This document shows positions 33,000-36,073 of a DNA stretch of 36,073 nt, piece by piece; the stretch's first letter is position 1; each line of letters starts with the position of its first letter. The translations under genes were made by a program, and so were the position numbers. This DNA is from an uncultured Candidatus Saccharibacteria bacterium. Lineage in GTDB: Bacteria; Patescibacteriota; Minisyncoccia; Phycocordibacterales; Phycocordibacteraceae. Below the pieces are notes generated by a model. The model searched no databases, was not told the DNA's origin, and saw only the letters and a list, made by a program, of their open reading frames with translations. The DNA lies in assembly GCA_964359715.1 (NCBI GenBank), contig CAYHUS010000001.1:1-36073 (forward strand), in the 5' to 3' direction.

Positions 33000-34181
33000 C
33001 TATTTTGCCAAGAGCTCTTGAATCTTTGTGTCAATTTCTTTGCCCCGCTCTTTACAGAGCTTGAGCAGGTATGCCGTAAGCTCGTGATCATGTGGCCTGC
33101 TAAAAAATATGCGAAGAAGCGATGGTGCATGCTTTTTATACTCTGTGTATATTTCTTCTCCCTTGTCAGCAAACACTTCTGCCAAAATGTGAGGAATCAC
33201 TGCACCACCAAACTTTTTGGTAGCAGATGCGAATCTATTTTTTAACGCGTGGCGCGCGTCTTGTAGCATAGCACTGAATATCATTTCAAGAACAAGAACT
33301 TTACCGTCATCGAGAGTCATATCCTTGCCGTCTCGGGTTTCCATTAAAATCTTATGGAAATGGCCAACAATGCCCGTATGCTTTGAATTATCAGCGACTC
33401 GGCTAGTGACTGCAACATCAGGTTTTGCAAGGAGCTTTGGTACTCGGTTGTGAGCTGCGCCGAGGTACATAAAGACCTTGATAGGATCGGTGCGAGCAGG
33501 AGACTGAAGCTGTGGGTGCTCTTTGATTGCTTTGGCAATAGCGGCTGGAAGCGAGGAAACCATTAAGTCTTCACGCTTTCTGTTAAAGACTGCAAATTTG
33601 GTAACTGAACCCACAACTCCCTTTGCTGCTGCGTCGTACGGGGCTTTATTTTTCCACATTACTCGAAGCATGCTCCACACAAGACTTGCAAGTGCCCCAG
33701 CAGTCTCGTTGGCGAGCGCACTGTCTTTTGGCGCGTCAACGTGCATGACTACCTTATTACTCCCTGCAAGGATTTGAACAATGCGCGTATGAAACCCTTC
33801 AAAACCAATAAGCCTAGATAGTATGGCTCCAATCCACGGTCTCTTTCCAAGAATTTTTAGAGAGCGCTCGTGAGCTTCTTTAAGGGATATCTTGCCAGCA
33901 GAAAGCTCGTTAAGTAGCTCAGTGTACTCGGGGAAGTGGCCTACACCCTCTGGGGCGAAGAGGTCGCAATCGAGAATTTCTTTTCTTATCCCCTCGGCAT
34001 CTTCCTCAGTGCCGTGTTGTATAAGGGCAACATGCACCTCAACCTTGGGTGCCTTGATACCCTCGCGGGCTAGTATGGCCGAAATTTCTTGGTTTAAGGA
34101 CTTAGGCTGTGGGGCCAGCTCTGGCGTCTTTGATTTTGTGGACGGTGCGGTGTTTAGGAGAAATTGTTCGTATACAGACAT
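33000..34181 (-). CDS. hypothetical protein, 393 aa, no recognisable domain
   Basis: Long ORF with its own near-consensus promoter. Its stop abuts the murF stop (TAGCTA). Confidence 0.65.
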   Translation of the reverse strand: MSVYEQFLLNTAPSTKSKTPELAPQPKSLNQEISAILAREGIKAPKVEVHVALIQHGTEEDAEGIRKEILDCDLFAPEGVGHFPEYTELLNELSAGKISLKEAHERSLKILGKRPWIGAILSRLIGFEGFHTRIVQILAGSNKVVMHVDAPKDSALANETAGALASLVWSMLRVMWKNKAPYDAAAKGVVGSVTKFAVFNRKREDLMVSSLPAAIAKAIKEHPQLQSPARTDPIKVFMYLGAAHNRVPKLLAKPDVAVTSRVADNSKHTGIVGHFHKILMETRDGKDMTLDDGKVLVLEMIFSAMLQDARHALKNRFASATKKFGGAVIPHILAEVFADKGEEIYTEYKKHAPSLLRIFFSRPHDHELTAYLLKLCKERGKEIDTKIQELLAK

Positions 34182-34187
34182 GGCGGT

Positions 34188-34215
34188 ATGATATCACGAA
34201 TATAATATTAGTCAA
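34188..34215 (-). promoter_or_regulatory. promoter TTGACT-N16-TATCAT, 6 nt upstream of ATG 34181
   Basis: Minus strand reads TTGACTaatattatattcgtgaTATCATaccgccATG. Confidence 0.6.
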
Positions 34216-34220
34216 TACCC

Positions 34221-34250
34221 TTGACCATAGTTAAAAGAACAAGCTAACCT
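34221..34250 (+). promoter_or_regulatory. promoter TTGACC-N18-TAACCT, 7 nt upstream of ATG 34258
   Basis: TTGACCatagttaaaagaacaagcTAACCTacaaactATG. It is back-to-back with the divergent promoter. Confidence 0.4.
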
Positions 34251-34257
34251 ACAAACT

Positions 34258-34635
34258 ATGACAAGAATTAAATGGGAGCGTGCGAAATATCGAGGATCTA
34301 GTCACCATAGGGATGGGGATCAGGCGAGAAGGTTGTTGGAGAGGAAGGCCACCGAGTTTTTAGGTAAAGGTGAACGACATACGCGACTCTCGGGGTGCGG
34401 GAAGCATGAGTACGTATCCTTACTGGTGCCAACATTTTCACACTCTCACGCGATCTACAACGATGGGAAGGGGGAACGACTTTATGCTGTATCAAAAGTT
34501 GTAAGAAAGTTTAAAAACGAGACAGTCGTAGGCCCTGAGTTAGTAGTGCTTAAAGATGAAAGAACAGGATTACTTTTAGACCCTGTATCACTTACCGTTG
34601 TGCGAGGTGTAAAGCTCGTAAAGCCCAAGGCGTAG
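34258..34635 (+). CDS. hypothetical protein, 125 aa
   Basis: ORF with a plausible promoter and a weak AAGCCC...GGGCTT hairpin spanning its stop. No family I recognise. Confidence 0.5.
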   Translation: MTRIKWERAKYRGSSHHRDGDQARRLLERKATEFLGKGERHTRLSGCGKHEYVSLLVPTFSHSHAIYNDGKGERLYAVSKVVRKFKNETVVGPELVVLKDERTGLLLDPVSLTVVRGVKLVKPKA

Positions 34636-34673
34636 TGCCGAGGGCTTCATTTTATGCTATAAAACCTAGGTCT

Positions 34674-34745
34674 GGCCCTATCGTCTAACGGTTAGGACAC
34701 AGCGTTCTCAACGCTGGAATCGGGGTTCGATTCCCCGTGGGGTCA
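34674..34745 (+). tRNA. tRNA-Glu (anticodon CUC), CCA not encoded
   Basis: Hand-folded cloverleaf. Acceptor GGCCCTA/TGGGGTC (two G-U pairs), D arm GTCT-aacggtta-GGAC, anticodon arm CAGCG-ttCTCaa-CGCTG, 4-nt variable loop, T arm CGGGG-ttcgatt-CCCCG, discriminator A. Confidence 0.9.
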
Positions 34746-34754
34746 CACTAGACT

Positions 34755-34780
34755 AAAAACTCGCACTGCTGCGAGTTTTT
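34755..34780. terminator. bidirectional rho-independent terminator (tRNA-Glu on plus, yqeY operon on minus)
   Basis: AAAAACTCGCA-ctgc-TGCGAGTTTTT: a perfect stem flanked by A and T runs. Confidence 0.75.
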
Positions 34781-34909
34781 AGCAAGTGTGACGACCGCAG
34801 CGATGTTTGACGTCTCGTCAAACCGCGAGGGGCGGCCTGCGAGCACGACGAACGAAGGTGAGGAGTGACTTGTAGGCACTGGTGCCGCTGAAGAACCTGA
34901 GCGGGTTCG

Positions 34910-35074
34910 TTATTGCTGCTTTTCTATCTTCTCAAGATCCTCTCTGAGAAGTCGGTTAGCAATCTCAAGTCCCATTATTGTAAGTGGCTCGCGAGTCTGT
35001 GTAAGCTTTTGGTTATTAGCTCCCAATGATACCTTGATTCGAAGCATCTCTACTTGTCGTTGTTCTCGGGTCAT
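34910..35074 (-). CDS. hypothetical 54-aa protein (below the ORF-track length cutoff)
   Basis: Hand translation gives MTREQRQVEMLRIKVSLGANNQKLTQTREPLTIMGLEIANRLLREDLEKIEKQQ*. Its ATG overlaps the upstream stop (ATGA), which suggests translational coupling. Confidence 0.45.
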   Translation of the reverse strand: MTREQRQVEMLRIKVSLGANNQKLTQTREPLTIMGLEIANRLLREDLEKIEKQQ

Positions 35075-35298
35075 GGTTTTTTATTCTTTAAAGACAATAG
35101 CTGCGGCTCGATTCTTGCAATCTCAGTGTGGATGTTAATACGCATGGTGCTGTATTCCTTACCCTTGTATCCGAGGCGATCGCACACTGCCCTAAAGTAC
35201 CCGCGCATATCTTTACCAGATCGGTAGAACGCCTGCAAGTGCTTTGCCACTAATCGTGCCTCCGGTAGCGTGTACCAGCGTTTCTCCTGTACCGACAT
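35071..35298 (-). CDS. hypothetical 75-aa protein
   Basis: The start is taken as ATG 35298 (MSVQEKRWYTLPEAR), 1 nt after the upstream TAG. The longer ORF reaching 35349 would overlap the upstream gene by 50 nt. Confidence 0.5.
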   Translation of the reverse strand: MSVQEKRWYTLPEARLVAKHLQAFYRSGKDMRGYFRAVCDRLGYKGKEYSTMRINIHTEIARIEPQLLSLKNKKP

Positions 35299-35299
35299 A

Positions 35300-35554
35300 C
35301 TAGTGCTGTTTATATTCTTGAACAGATGAAAACCCACTGTGGTACGCATCTAACGCTTCCATCACCCCCGCCTCTTGGCGCATCGATTCGGTGATACGAA
35401 CGCGACTTCGTATAGTGCGCATGCGAGATGATTCATCACCACCTTTTTTGCCCAACTTTACTACTGCGCCTGAATCTCCTTTAATTGCATAGAGCACTGC
35501 CCACCCTGCATAGTTTGATCCATTGGCAGCGCGTTTATCTAATCGTTTGTCCAT
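35300..35554 (-). CDS. hypothetical 84-aa protein
   Basis: The ATG lies 6 nt after the yqeY stop. No family I recognise. Confidence 0.5.
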   Translation of the reverse strand: MDKRLDKRAANGSNYAGWAVLYAIKGDSGAVVKLGKKGGDESSRMRTIRSRVRITESMRQEAGVMEALDAYHSGFSSVQEYKQH

Positions 35555-35560
35555 AACAAC

Positions 35561-36013
35561 CTATTCAAACAGCTTTTGCACCACCTCTCTCACGTCAGCG
35601 CCATCTGCCTTGCCTGCGAGGTCCTTCATAAGCGCACCCATAAATCTACCCATATCTTTTTTATCGCTGACACCCATCTCAGTCTTCTTTGCCTCTGCAA
35701 TCTTTTCAATAGCATCTTTGCTCATAAGGGTTGGGAGGTAGACCTCAAGTATGACTCGCTCCTTTTCTTCTTTATCCGCAAGTTCTGGGCGGTTACCACC
35801 AGTGAATGCCTCAAAGGCTTCTTTTCTCTTTTTTACCTCGCGTCTGATAACGCTTATTGCATCTTCGTCAGGGAGAGGGTCAGTGGGTTTGCGTTTTGTA
35901 GCGACTAGCTCGTTGGTAAAGGCAGCCTTAAGGCCCCGCAGGACCTCGACTTTTAGCGCCTCTTTAGCCTTCATAGCGGTCGTGAGGTCACTCGATATGG
36001 TGTCTTGAAGCAT
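35561..36013 (-). CDS. yqeY: GatB/YqeY-domain protein
   Basis: MLQDTISSDLTTAMKAKEALKVEVLRGLKAAFTNE..., with a YqeY-like helical pattern over the full length. Confidence 0.85.
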   Translation of the reverse strand: MLQDTISSDLTTAMKAKEALKVEVLRGLKAAFTNELVATKRKPTDPLPDEDAISVIRREVKKRKEAFEAFTGGNRPELADKEEKERVILEVYLPTLMSKDAIEKIAEAKKTEMGVSDKKDMGRFMGALMKDLAGKADGADVREVVQKLFE

Positions 36014-36019
36014 GTCGTT

Positions 36020-36028
36020 AGTATATCA
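36020..36028 (-). promoter_or_regulatory. extended -10 TGaTATACT, 6 nt upstream of the yqeY ATG
   Basis: Minus strand reads cttGaTATACTaacgacATG. Confidence 0.45.
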
Positions 36029-36035
36029 AGCCAAG

Positions 36036-36044
36036 TGGTAGAAT
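36036..36044 (+). promoter_or_regulatory. extended -10 TGgTAGAAT, 6 nt upstream of ATG 36051
   Basis: aagTGgTAGAATgcactgATGgag. Confidence 0.4.
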
Positions 36045-36050
36045 GCACTG

Positions 36051-36073
36051 ATGGAGACCGTGCTTATCGTGCT
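36051..36073 (+). CDS. 5' end of an unidentified gene (METVLIV..., runs off the window)
   Basis: Only 7 codons are visible. The call rests solely on the -10/ATG geometry seen elsewhere in the window. Confidence 0.25.

Noticed and set aside
33000-34181. 393-aa orphan as a Tiki/TraB/erythromycin-esterase-like protein
   Set aside because: The idea rests on a single GAAH tetrapeptide (YLGAAHN). The second GxxH motif and the rest of the fold signature are not evident, so this is too weak to call.
34803-34868. 21-codon micro-ORF (MFDVSSNREGRPASTTNEGEE) in the spacer after the terminator
   Set aside because: It has no promoter or RBS geometry, it lies directly after a strong terminator on the same strand, and it overlaps the hairpins. 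It is most likely a chance ORF.
34895-34915. GGGTTCGTT resembling a tRNA T-loop, suggesting a second tRNA or a tRNA fragment
   Set aside because: The flanking bases do not form a T stem, and no acceptor or anticodon arm can be drawn.
34674-35560. tRNA-Glu-adjacent region as an integrated mobile element
   Set aside because: There is no integrase and no direct repeat of the tRNA 3' end that I could see. The small genes are tightly coupled to housekeeping yqeY, so this remains only a weak possibility, noted under the findings.
1-36073. Search for CRISPR arrays, IS elements, integrases, restriction-modification systems and known defence or TA genes
   Set aside because: I could find no regularly spaced direct repeats of 25-40 nt, no transposase, recombinase or integrase-like ORF, and no nuclease, methylase or ATPase signatures outside the housekeeping genes. 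The only tandem repeat is coding (15743-15800).
1-36073. Alternative genetic code (UGA recoding, as in some CPR lineages)
   Set aside because: Several well-conserved genes end at TGA at their expected lengths (for example the 1160..1765 ORF and the 684-aa gene), and no conserved protein is interrupted by an in-frame TGA.

Overview
This 36 kb chromosomal window is mostly housekeeping. By inference it comes from a small-genome Patescibacteria/CPR (Parcubacteria-like) bacterium: shortened core proteins, a tRNA without encoded CCA, many small membrane and orphan ORFs, and a NirK. Standard genetic code.

Gene order:
- partial nirK, gtrA-like, GerMN protein, DUF1153/SciP-like HTH, a 504-aa AT-rich orphan, mltG, an orphan, a SWIB-domain protein, hpf
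- two tandem diverged JAMM/MPN+-like paralogs
- fmt-def-priA operon (minus strand), murA flanked by small membrane proteins, a 684-aa protein with a Pro/Glu/Lys-rich linker, a Gly-zipper protein
- mreB(1), holB-like, frr, rseP, proS, mreB(2), mreC, mreD, mrdA, greA, a small ORF, lysS
- mraZ, rsmH, ftsL-like, ftsI, murF, a convergent 393-aa orphan, a 125-aa orphan, tRNA-Glu(CUC)
- three tightly coupled micro-genes downstream of yqeY

I found no CRISPR array, transposase, integrase, restriction-modification system or recognisable defence or toxin-antitoxin module.

Main observations, all read directly from the sequence:
1. Nearly every operon-leading gene has a -10 hexamer 5-8 nt from its ATG, which implies largely leaderless mRNAs and moves several start codons.
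2. The tandem JAMM-like pair have separate promoters and very different GC content. This is my best candidate for an undescribed function.
3. PriA has lost its Walker A and DExH motifs.
4. ProRS has its INS editing domain replaced by a Cys cluster.
5. Five GTGG boxes phased at 10 bp run up to the mraZ ATG.

No clear multi-gene novel system is demonstrable from sequence alone. Functional claims for the orphans are hypotheses.
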